Shown here: one piece after another, positions 50,532 to 58,555 of the stretch
Numbering within the stretch: the first letter of the stretch is position 1
Layout of the letters: the number at the start of each line of letters is the position of its first letter
Assembly: GCA_964572255.1 (NCBI GenBank)
Contig: CAZNEE010000001.1
Span: 267,587-331,586, forward strand
Length of the DNA stretch: 64,000 nt
Direction of reading: 5' to 3'
Source: an uncultured Planctomycetia bacterium
Lineage (GTDB): Bacteria > Omnitrophota > Gorgyraeia > Tantalellales > Tantalellaceae
Notes under the pieces: model-generated
The model's input: the letters and a program-made list of their open reading frames with translations, nothing else
Database searches by the model: none
What the model was told of the DNA's origin: nothing
Program-made: the position numbers and the translations under genes

Positions 50532-50620
50532 TATTAAAATAGTAAACCATTCGAAAGGATGGGACACAAAGCCAGAGGGGCCGAAACAGTTTGAGTGGAG
50601 GCCAGCCGGTTATCGTTTAA
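50532..50620 (+). ncRNA. GEMM-I fold riboswitch aptamer, A20/U92 double variant, copy 2
   Basis: AAUAGUAAACCAUUC-GAAA-GGAUGGGACACAAAGCC...GGCC GAAA..GA GGCC AGCCGGUUAUCG; A at 50541 (G20 equivalent), U at 50613 (C92 equivalent). Confidence 0.85.
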
Positions 50621-50662
50621 AAGCACTATCGTAAAAGTGCGGAAGAACTTAACCTCTGTTAG

Positions 50663-50692
50663 AGACCCGACCTTTCGATGGTCGGGTTTTTT
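50663..50692 (+). terminator. Intrinsic terminator (riboswitch expression platform 2)
   Basis: AGACCCGACC-TTTCGAT-GGTCGGGTTT with U-tract; compensatory A-T to G-C change relative to terminator 1. Confidence 0.88.
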
Positions 50693-50709
50693 GTTTTAAA
50701 AGGAGGTGT

Positions 50710-51552
50710 GTGATGAGGAAGATTGCTATTATTTTTGTGTTATTTCTTATTTTTGGTTTTATGATTTCTTTATCTTCAGACGCCAGGATTATTTTGGATG
50801 CAAATTACCCAAAATACGGCGGCGCAAACTATTACCTGGAAGATGTGGATGCCCCGGTAACAGAAGAGGATGTGGACGATTGGTATACTTCTGGATTTAT
50901 TCCCGACGGCACTCCGCCGGTACCTGTATGGGTGGATGAGTATCAATATGTGATCACCGATGAACCGTACGAGTATGAACAGTATTTCAGCGGATGGATG
51001 TGGGCTTTTGATCAACATATGGATTATCCTCCTTGGGAAGAGTATGTAAATAATTATAATCACATGTATCCGGATTACACTCCGGATAATTCACTCTACA
51101 ACGGTGTTGATGGAGATCTGATCTTCGATTTCGTTGTATTCATGGATGATGGATATTACGGCGGATTACTTGAAGTCCAGCTGTGGGCTTATAATTTGAT
51201 GGAGCCCTGGACAGAGCCTGAGATGGTAGCGTTCGAATGGTTTGGGGCTATACCGGAAGAGCTTATGGGCGAACCATACGCCCATCATTATCCAATAGAA
51301 GCTGAGGGCGAATGGGTATGGTATTGGTATCAAGTGCATATGGATATACCATACAATCTGGCCGGATATGAGTGTTGGCTGCAGATAGCGCAGATAGGAG
51401 GAATAGGCGCACCTTATGGAGCTACGGTATACGGCGTATTCGGCGATGAACCTGCTTGGTTGAACGGAGGTGAACCGGTACCCGAACCGGCAACGATAAT
51501 TTCTCTGCTTTTTGCGGGTCTTGGGTTGGCAATAAAAAGGAAATGGTTTTAA
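50710..51552 (+). CDS. PEP-CTERM sorting-domain surface protein 2 (acidic, Tyr/Trp-rich)
   Basis: AGGAGGT RBS; signal peptide; C-terminal VPEPAT + TM + KRK. Confidence 0.9.
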   Translation: MMRKIAIIFVLFLIFGFMISLSSDARIILDANYPKYGGANYYLEDVDAPVTEEDVDDWYTSGFIPDGTPPVPVWVDEYQYVITDEPYEYEQYFSGWMWAFDQHMDYPPWEEYVNNYNHMYPDYTPDNSLYNGVDGDLIFDFVVFMDDGYYGGLLEVQLWAYNLMEPWTEPEMVAFEWFGAIPEELMGEPYAHHYPIEAEGEWVWYWYQVHMDIPYNLAGYECWLQIAQIGGIGAPYGATVYGVFGDEPAWLNGGEPVPEPATIISLLFAGLGLAIKRKWF

Positions 51553-51586
51553 ATATATAGGAGGCGATTCGGGAAGGAGGTCCGGT

Positions 51587-52222
51587 ATGAAGAATTTAAT
51601 TTTGGGACTTATAGTTATTTTTATTTTAGCTGCAGTTTCCCATCTTTGCGCGGAAGCTGCTGTAGTAGGCATTGACGCTTTTAATGCCGGCGGAAACCTG
51701 TTTTTTGGAAATCTGACAGATCCTGAAGAAGGCTGGTATATTGAAACGGTAGGAGGTACTCCAGTCGCCGGTGTTGTTGATCTTGAAGGCATGCCTATAA
51801 TGAGATTTTACAACTCAGGCATAGTTGTTTATCACGATGGCGGAGGGTACCTGGGCCCAGGGGATGAAGTTCTGTTTAACGGGTATGTCAATAACGAGAA
51901 TGCAGGTCTGGCTTTTGCATTAGTTGAACCATACACTGGCGGAGTTGTCGCTACGTACCCGGCAGATTATAACTTTTTAGGGCCGGGTGAACATATCATT
52001 ACCGGACAAAAGATGCAAGTTCCGCTGGACTGGGTAGATCCATATGGGAGCCCTGAATCGTATTTCTACGTAGGTCTTTTAGGCGACGTCGGCACCTATG
52101 CGCAAGGTAGATATGGGTCTTTGGGAGGCGATGTAATCCCCGAACCGGCAGCGGTGCTTACCATGATATTTGTGGGATTTGGATTGTGCAAAAAGAAGCT
52201 CTTGAGCATATTGAACTTATAA
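51587..52222 (+). CDS. PEP-CTERM sorting-domain surface protein 3
   Basis: GGAGG RBS; signal peptide ending AEA; C-terminal IPEPAA + TM + KKK. Confidence 0.88.
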   Translation: MKNLILGLIVIFILAAVSHLCAEAAVVGIDAFNAGGNLFFGNLTDPEEGWYIETVGGTPVAGVVDLEGMPIMRFYNSGIVVYHDGGGYLGPGDEVLFNGYVNNENAGLAFALVEPYTGGVVATYPADYNFLGPGEHIITGQKMQVPLDWVDPYGSPESYFYVGLLGDVGTYAQGRYGSLGGDVIPEPAAVLTMIFVGFGLCKKKLLSILNL

Positions 52223-52246
52223 GATAAATAAGTTTTTCAAATATTC

Positions 52247-52275
52247 TTGACAAACCCTGCCAAATGTGTTATTTT
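52247..52275 (+). promoter_or_regulatory. Sigma70-type promoter of rplM-rpsI
   Basis: TTGACA (52247-52), 17 bp, TGn-TATTTT (52270-75). Confidence 0.65.
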
Positions 52276-52287
52276 CTACACTCTATG

Positions 52288-52319
52288 AATCACTCCAGAT
52301 CAGATGGTTTGGAGTGGTT
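52288..52319 (+). promoter_or_regulatory. Hairpin in the rplM 5' leader
   Basis: AATCACTCCAGATC-AGAT-GGTTTGGAGTGGTT: 14-bp stem with three G-U pairs. Confidence 0.55.
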
Positions 52320-52346
52320 TATTTTAGTCTATAGGAGTCAGATCTT

Positions 52347-52778
52347 ATGTTCAAGACACAGATGAAAAAACAGAATGAAACTGTCCACGAGTGGTATGTA
52401 GTGGATGTTGACGGTAAAGTGCTCGGAAGGGCGGCGACTAAAATAGCTACGCTTTTAAAAGGCAAGCATAAAGCGGATTTTACGCCTAATGTGGATAACG
52501 GTTCGGGTGTTATCGTTCTAAACTGCGGCAGGATAAGGGTTACAGGCAATAAGGCCCAGCAGAAGGTTTATAAAAGTTATTCCGGATATCCAAGCGGGCA
52601 GAAAGAGGTCGTTTATAAAGAAATGGCCGCTAAAAATCCGATATATGTTTTAAGGCACGCTGTTAAGGGCATGCTTCCAAAGAGCAAGCTTGGCGCGAAG
52701 ATGCTTAAAAGGTTAAAAGTGTACAAGGGCGCGGAACATCCGCATACAGCTCAGATACCGAAACAAATAGAAGTATAA
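52347..52778 (+). CDS. rplM: 50S ribosomal protein L13
   Basis: WYVVD, LGR.A, GKHK..FTP.VD.G, GMLPK, HPH.AQ. Confidence 0.97.
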   Translation: MFKTQMKKQNETVHEWYVVDVDGKVLGRAATKIATLLKGKHKADFTPNVDNGSGVIVLNCGRIRVTGNKAQQKVYKSYSGYPSGQKEVVYKEMAAKNPIYVLRHAVKGMLPKSKLGAKMLKRLKVYKGAEHPHTAQIPKQIEV

Positions 52779-52791
52779 GAGGAAAAATATA

Positions 52792-53187
52792 ATGGCAGAG
52801 AAAAAATATATACAGGCTACAGGAAGGCGCAAAGAGTCGACCGCCAGGGTTCGTATCAGCTCCGGAGAGGGCAGGATACGTATTAATAATCAGAATTTTG
52901 AAGAGTATTTTCCGAGGGAAACCCACAGGCTCGTGATCATGCAGCCTTTTGAAGTTACAGGCACTGTGGGAAAATATAATATTTTCGGCAATATTACCGG
53001 CGGGGGTTTGAGCGGCCAGGCAGGCGCTTTCAGGCATGGTATAGCCAGGGCGCTTGTTAAAGAGAATGAGACTTTAAGACCTGCATTAAAGAAAGCCGGC
53101 TTTCTTACACGTGATCCCAGAGGAAAGGAAAGAAAAAAGTACGGCAGAAAACGCGCAAGGAGGAGCTTCCAGTTCTCTAAACGTTAA
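52792..53187 (+). CDS. rpsI: 30S ribosomal protein S9
   Basis: [38 protein letters not shown]. Confidence 0.98.
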   Translation: MAEKKYIQATGRRKESTARVRISSGEGRIRINNQNFEEYFPRETHRLVIMQPFEVTGTVGKYNIFGNITGGGLSGQAGAFRHGIARALVKENETLRPALKKAGFLTRDPRGKERKKYGRKRARRSFQFSKR

Positions 53188-53213
53188 ACTAAAATTTTAC
53201 ATATTGAAATTAG

Positions 53214-53246
53214 AAGCCCTGAATCGCGCGATTCAGGGCTTTTTTT
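53214..53246 (+). terminator. Intrinsic terminator after rpsI
   Basis: Perfect palindrome AAGCCCTGAATCGCGCGATTCAGGGCTT followed by a T-run. Confidence 0.9.
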
Positions 53247-53282
53247 ATTTAAGCAAATATTGGATCGAGCGCATTTTATGCT

Positions 53283-53310
53283 TTGAAATTTAATATATTA
53301 ATAATATAAT
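53283..53310 (+). promoter_or_regulatory. Candidate sigma70 promoter of the arg operon
   Basis: TTGAAA (53283-88), 16 bp, TATAAT (53305-10) in an AT-rich region. Confidence 0.5.
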
Positions 53311-53353
53311 ATGCGGTATATTATTTATATAATTCAAAACAAGAGGTGAAATC

Positions 53354-54367
53354 ATGATGAAGGTGAGTGTTGTAGGAGCTACCGGATATACGGGCGAAGA
53401 ACTTGTGGATGTCGTAGCTTCACATCCGGAGGTGGAACTTACTTCTTTATCCGCGCTTGTGGAAAAGGAAGCGGATTTTTCGGAACTTTATCCGCGTTTT
53501 AAGAATAAGGTATCTCTTGTGTGCAAGAATCTGGACATAAAAGAGGTAAATTCAAAAAGTGACCTGGTGTTTCTTGCGCTTCCTCATACTGTATCGATGA
53601 AGATAGCGCCCGAGTTCCTTAAAGCGGGGAAAAAAGTTATCGATCTGAGCGCGGATTATCGCTTGCCGGCCGATGAGTACGAGCAGTGGTACGGGACAGC
53701 TCATACGGATATGGAAAATATAGCCAGGGCTGTATATGGCCTTCCGGAACTTAATAGGGGCAAAATAAAGAAAGCTGATTTTATTGCGAATCCGGGATGT
53801 TATCCGACAAGCGTGATATTGGGCCTTTTGCCGATAATAAAACAGGTAGCGGGCGCGGAACTTGATGTAATTGTTGATTCAAAAAGCGGAGCGACAGGAG
53901 CCGGCAGGAAAGCATCCATTCCTTTATCTTTCGGGGAAGTGGATGAGAACCTTAAATGTTACAAGGCGAATGCCCATCAGCATATACCTGAGATGGAGCA
54001 TGTATTGACCCAGGCGGCGGATGAGCAGGTTAAGATAAATTTTACGCCGCACCTTCTTCCGATCAGGAGGGGCATTCTTTCGACAATTTATATGTCAGCT
54101 AAAGATCTGCCGGGCGTTGAAGAGGTCCAGGACATGTTCGTTGAGCATTACAAGGATGAACCTTTTGTAAGGGTACGCAAACTCGGGGAATTCCCGCAGA
54201 TACAGGACGTTGTTAATACTTCCTTTTGCGATATAGGAATTACTTCGTCGCGGGGATTACTCGTTATTGTTACGGTCATAGATAATCTTCTTAAAGGAGC
54301 AAGCGGCCAGGCCGTGCAGAACATGAACATCATGTGCGGTTTTGATGAAAAAACGGGGCTGGTATGA
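53354..54367 (+). CDS. argC: N-acetyl-gamma-glutamyl-phosphate reductase
   Basis: GATGYTG, ALPH, DLSADYR, YGLPE, ANPGCY, DNLLKGASGQAVQN. Confidence 0.96.
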   Translation: MMKVSVVGATGYTGEELVDVVASHPEVELTSLSALVEKEADFSELYPRFKNKVSLVCKNLDIKEVNSKSDLVFLALPHTVSMKIAPEFLKAGKKVIDLSADYRLPADEYEQWYGTAHTDMENIARAVYGLPELNRGKIKKADFIANPGCYPTSVILGLLPIIKQVAGAELDVIVDSKSGATGAGRKASIPLSFGEVDENLKCYKANAHQHIPEMEHVLTQAADEQVKINFTPHLLPIRRGILSTIYMSAKDLPGVEEVQDMFVEHYKDEPFVRVRKLGEFPQIQDVVNTSFCDIGITSSRGLLVIVTVIDNLLKGASGQAVQNMNIMCGFDEKTGLV

Positions 54368-55548
54368 CAAAGCATAAACTCCCAAAAGGTTTTTTAACAA
54401 GCGGCATACATTGCGGCGCGAAAAAGAAAAGAAAGGATCTTTCTCTTTTCTTTTCGAAAAAGCCGTGCAGGATCGCCGCGCTTTTCACTAAGAATAAAGT
54501 GAAAGCCGCACCGGTTTTGTTGGCGCAGGAGCAGCTTGCGAAAACAAAGACCGTACATGCGGTTTTAGTTAATAGCGGTAACGCTAATTGCATGACCGGC
54601 AGGCGCGGCATGCAAGATGCCAAAAGAATGGTTCAGGCGGCGGCGCGGAAGCTAAAGGTGTCGGAGAAGGAAGTCCTTGTTTCGTCGACCGGCGTTATAG
54701 GGCAGTTCATGCCGATGAATCCTATCCTTAAAGGTATTCCAAGGCTGGTTTCGCATCTTTCGGAACACGGGCTTATAGACGCGGCGGACGGCATTTTAAC
54801 GACTGACAAGTTCCATAAAATAGCGTGCAAGACTTTTACTCTTGGAGGAAAAGACATAACATTGACCGGCGTGGCCAAAGGCGCGGGTATGATCGATCCT
54901 AACATGGCTACAATGCTTTGCTATATACTTACGGATGTGAATATCTCCCCCGGAGCGCTTAAAAAAGCATTGAAGGCAGGCAACGAAATTTCGTTTAACG
55001 CGATAACCGTAGACGGTGATATGAGCACGAATGATACTGTCATGATAATGTCTAACGGCGAGTCCGGCAACAAAATGGTTAAAGGCCGCGGCAAGGATTA
55101 TGAGGTTTTCCTGGAGAATCTTAACGAGGTCATGAATAAACTCGCCGGGATGATCGTTCATGATGGTGAAGGCGCGACCAAGTTTGTCCAGATCAAGGTA
55201 AAAGGCGCAAAGACGAAAAAGGATGCTAAGCTTGCAGCTGAAGCTATAGCGAATTCTCTTCTTACAAAATGCGCGGTGCATGGAGGGGATCCCAATTGGG
55301 GAAGAGTGGCTTCTTCGGTCGGTTCCAGCGGGGCGGCGGTTGATCCGGATAAGATAGAGATAAAACTTGATGGTTTAGTATTCTTTGCGAACGGTACGGC
55401 AAAGATGCCTTCCGGGAAAGAAACAGTGTTTAAAAGTAAGAACGTGGGAATAGAAGTTAACCTGCATCTCGGCAGGGCTGAAGCGACAGTTTATACATGT
55501 GATATTTCGAAGAAATATATTACGTTGAACGCGCATTATACAACGTAG
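54364..55548 (+). CDS. argJ: Ornithine acetyltransferase / N-acetylglutamate synthase
   Basis: NSGNAN, STGVIG, KGAGMI.PNMATML, DMSTND, DGEGATK, DPNWGR. Confidence 0.96.
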   Translation: MTKHKLPKGFLTSGIHCGAKKKRKDLSLFFSKKPCRIAALFTKNKVKAAPVLLAQEQLAKTKTVHAVLVNSGNANCMTGRRGMQDAKRMVQAAARKLKVSEKEVLVSSTGVIGQFMPMNPILKGIPRLVSHLSEHGLIDAADGILTTDKFHKIACKTFTLGGKDITLTGVAKGAGMIDPNMATMLCYILTDVNISPGALKKALKAGNEISFNAITVDGDMSTNDTVMIMSNGESGNKMVKGRGKDYEVFLENLNEVMNKLAGMIVHDGEGATKFVQIKVKGAKTKKDAKLAAEAIANSLLTKCAVHGGDPNWGRVASSVGSSGAAVDPDKIEIKLDGLVFFANGTAKMPSGKETVFKSKNVGIEVNLHLGRAEATVYTCDISKKYITLNAHYTT

Positions 55549-55562
55549 CAAAGGGAGATTGA

Positions 55563-56420
55563 ATGGAAGAGGCGATCAAGAAAAGTAAAGTTCTTATAGA
55601 GGCGCTGCCGTATATAAAGAAATTTTTCGGCAAGGTTATTGTAATAAAGTACGGCGGCAGTTCTCTCCATAACCTTGAGGTCCGCAAAAGCGTTCTTCAG
55701 GATATCGTGTTCATGCGCTATGCGGGCATGAAGCCCGTGATCGTTCACGGCGGCGGCCCCAATATTTCCGAGAAGCTTAAAGAAGCCGATATAGAGACAA
55801 AATTTATTAACGGGCTCAGGGTGACATGCGAGAAGTCCATGCAGGTCGTGGATTCGGTCCTTATGGAAGTGAACAAAGAACTTGTCGATGAGATCAATCA
55901 TCTCGGAGGCGAAGCGTTCGGCTTGAGCGGCAAAGAGAACAACATGATCCAGGCTGAGAAAGTTCCATCTTCGGATGACTTGGGATATGTCGGGACGGTT
56001 TCGGCGATCGACACGACGATATTACACCGTCTTTTGGATACGAATATCATTCCCGTTATTTGTCCGGTCGGGAAAGGCAAGGATAATAAGCTGTATAACA
56101 TTAACGCCGATGAAGCGGCAAGCAATATCGCGGTAGCGCTGGATGCAGAAAAATTCGTCATCCTGACTAACGTGAGGGGTGTTTTGGAGAAAAAGGATGA
56201 TCCGCAAAGCTTGTTCCATTCTTTGACTTTTGAAACAGCTCAGCACCTGATCGATACGGAAATTATTGCCGGGGGGATGCTTCCCAAGACAAAGGCTTGT
56301 CTAAGGTCTCTTAAAGGGGGCGTACGTAAAGCTCACATTGTCGAAGCGGATCTTCCTCACGCGCTTCTTCTGGAAATATTCACCGATAAAGGTATCGGTA
56401 CTGAAATTATAAAAGGATAA
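55563..56420 (+). CDS. argB: Acetylglutamate kinase
   Basis: EALPYI, IKYGG, VHGGGP, NINAD, GGMLPK, GIGT. Confidence 0.96.
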   Translation: MEEAIKKSKVLIEALPYIKKFFGKVIVIKYGGSSLHNLEVRKSVLQDIVFMRYAGMKPVIVHGGGPNISEKLKEADIETKFINGLRVTCEKSMQVVDSVLMEVNKELVDEINHLGGEAFGLSGKENNMIQAEKVPSSDDLGYVGTVSAIDTTILHRLLDTNIIPVICPVGKGKDNKLYNINADEAASNIAVALDAEKFVILTNVRGVLEKKDDPQSLFHSLTFETAQHLIDTEIIAGGMLPKTKACLRSLKGGVRKAHIVEADLPHALLLEIFTDKGIGTEIIKG

Positions 56421-56438
56421 AACAAGGAGCGGAAAAAA

Positions 56439-57620
56439 GTGAATATAGGCGAGATCAAAAAGCTTTATGATGAATATGTTCTCTCAACATACACCAGGCA
56501 GAATCTTTGTATAGTCCAGGGTGACGGTATATGGGTGGAGGATATTGAAGGCAAAAAGTACCTGGATTTTTTCCCGGGCTGGGCGGTAAGCGGTATAGGG
56601 CACAGGCATCCGGACGTTATTCGCAGGATGCACCAGCAGCTGGATAAGATCCTGCATGTTTCCAACAATTTTTATAATGAGCTTCAGCCTTTGCTTGCCA
56701 AGAAGATAATCGAAAGTTCTTTTCCGGGAAAGGTATTTTTCGCCAACAGCGGGGCGGAAGCGAATGAAGGCGCTATCAAGCTCGCGCGCAGGTACGGTTA
56801 TCCAAAAAGGTACGAGATAATAACCATGGAGAAATCTTTTCACGGCAGGACGCTTGCCACGTTGACGGCAACAGGCCAGGAGAAGGTCAAAAAAGGGTTC
56901 GATCCGCTGCCGAAAGGGTTTAAACATGTTCCGTTCAATGACATTAAAGCGTTAAAAAAAGCGGTAACCGGCAAAACAGTAGCGGTTATCATTGAACCGA
57001 TCCAGGGTGAAGGCGGTATCAATGTAGCAAGCGAAAAATACATAAAAGAACTAAGCAGTATGTGCAAGAAAAAAGATATTTTACTGATATTTGATGAAGT
57101 ACAGACCTGCATGGGCCGGACCGGCAAGATGTTCGCTTATCAGCATTATGATATAGAGCCCGATGCGATAACGCTTGCCAAATCTCTTGGAGGAGGTATG
57201 CCCATCGGCGCTCTTGTCGTGAACAATAAGCATAAGGATGTTCTGCCCGCGGGGTCACATGCGTCCACTTTTGGCGGAAGCCCTATAGTGTGCGCTGCAG
57301 CTCTCGGCGTTTTTGAAGCGATCGAGAAGGAGAATCTCTTGGAGAATGTCTCGAGGATGGGCGAATATCTTGTTTCCAAGATATTGATCTTGAAAGACAA
57401 GTACCCCGTTATTAAATCCGTAAAGGGGAGGGGCCTCATGATCGGAGTGAAACTTGGCACCAAAGACGCGACAGCGGTTATTGATGAATGCATAAAAGAA
57501 GGCCTTTTGATAAATTGTACGCAGAAGAATATTTTGCGGATCATGCCGCCGGTAAACGTCACTAAAGGCGATATTGATGAAGCGATCAAAAAATTAGCGA
57601 GCGCATTGGAGAAGATATGA
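56439..57620 (+). CDS. argD: Acetylornithine aminotransferase
   Basis: NSGAEANE, SFHGRT, EPIQGEGG, DEVQT, AKSLGGG; GTG start. Confidence 0.93.
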   Translation: MNIGEIKKLYDEYVLSTYTRQNLCIVQGDGIWVEDIEGKKYLDFFPGWAVSGIGHRHPDVIRRMHQQLDKILHVSNNFYNELQPLLAKKIIESSFPGKVFFANSGAEANEGAIKLARRYGYPKRYEIITMEKSFHGRTLATLTATGQEKVKKGFDPLPKGFKHVPFNDIKALKKAVTGKTVAVIIEPIQGEGGINVASEKYIKELSSMCKKKDILLIFDEVQTCMGRTGKMFAYQHYDIEPDAITLAKSLGGGMPIGALVVNNKHKDVLPAGSHASTFGGSPIVCAAALGVFEAIEKENLLENVSRMGEYLVSKILILKDKYPVIKSVKGRGLMIGVKLGTKDATAVIDECIKEGLLINCTQKNILRIMPPVNVTKGDIDEAIKKLASALEKI

Positions 57621-58528
57621 AGAAAGACCTATTAAGCGTGCGGGATCTTAGCACTAAAGAAATTTTTGATATATTGAAACTTGCGTGGAAACTGAAAAAA
57701 GCGCCTTTGGCGAAAAAAGGCGTGTTCAAAGACAAAACACTGGCGCTTCTTTTTCAGAAACCATCCAACAGGACCCGCATATCCTTTGAGGTAGCCATGG
57801 TCCATCTCGGAGGGTATGTTTTGTACCTTAGCCCGAGGGAGATAAGCATGGGGGCAAGGGAATCGGTTAAGGATGTTGCCTGTGTTGTTTCAAGGTATGT
57901 CGACGGTATTGTGGCGCGGGTCTTTTCGCATAAAGATGTGGTGGAGCTTGCCAGGTACTCGGATGTCTCCGTTATAAACGGCCTTTCGGACCTGTTGCAT
58001 CCGTGTCAGGCGCTCAGCGATATTTTTACGATAAAAGAGAAGTTCAGGAATCTGAAGAAAGTCACGCTTGCTTATGTCGGTGACGGCAACAATGTTCTTA
58101 ATTCACTGCTTTTTGCTTCGGCTAAGACGGGTATCAACATCAAAGTAGCGACCCCTGAAGGGTATAAACCGGATCAGGAGATACTGGATGAGGCTATGGA
58201 TCTAGCGGGTTCTTCGAATGCGAGCATAGAGCTTTTTTCCGACCCGTATAAAGCCGTGAAGGATGCGGATGTTGTTTATACGGATGTCTGGGTAAGCATG
58301 GGGCAGGAGGATGAAAAAGAAAAACGGCTGAAAGATTTTCAGCCTTTTCAGATTAACGAGCAGCTCATGAAAGCCGCGAAGAAAAATGCGCTTATCATGC
58401 ACTGTCTGCCCGCTCACAGGGGCGAAGAGATCACAGATGTCATAGACAGCAAGAATTCCATTGTTTATGATCAGGCGGAGAACAGGATGCATGTGCAGAA
58501 AGCGATCCTTTTAAAGACGCTGAAATAA
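57617..58528 (+). CDS. argF: Ornithine carbamoyltransferase
   Basis: SNRTR, HPCQ, GDGNN, WVSMG, HCLP, QAENR. Confidence 0.96.
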   Translation: MKKDLLSVRDLSTKEIFDILKLAWKLKKAPLAKKGVFKDKTLALLFQKPSNRTRISFEVAMVHLGGYVLYLSPREISMGARESVKDVACVVSRYVDGIVARVFSHKDVVELARYSDVSVINGLSDLLHPCQALSDIFTIKEKFRNLKKVTLAYVGDGNNVLNSLLFASAKTGINIKVATPEGYKPDQEILDEAMDLAGSSNASIELFSDPYKAVKDADVVYTDVWVSMGQEDEKEKRLKDFQPFQINEQLMKAAKKNALIMHCLPAHRGEEITDVIDSKNSIVYDQAENRMHVQKAILLKTLK

Positions 58529-58555
58529 AACAAAGCTTGAAAGAGGAGATTTAAA

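Noticed and set aside
49727-52222. LPXTG-sortase substrates, lipoproteins or cytochromes
   Set aside because: The tails are PEP + TM + basic cluster; no LPXTG, lipobox or CxxCH motifs
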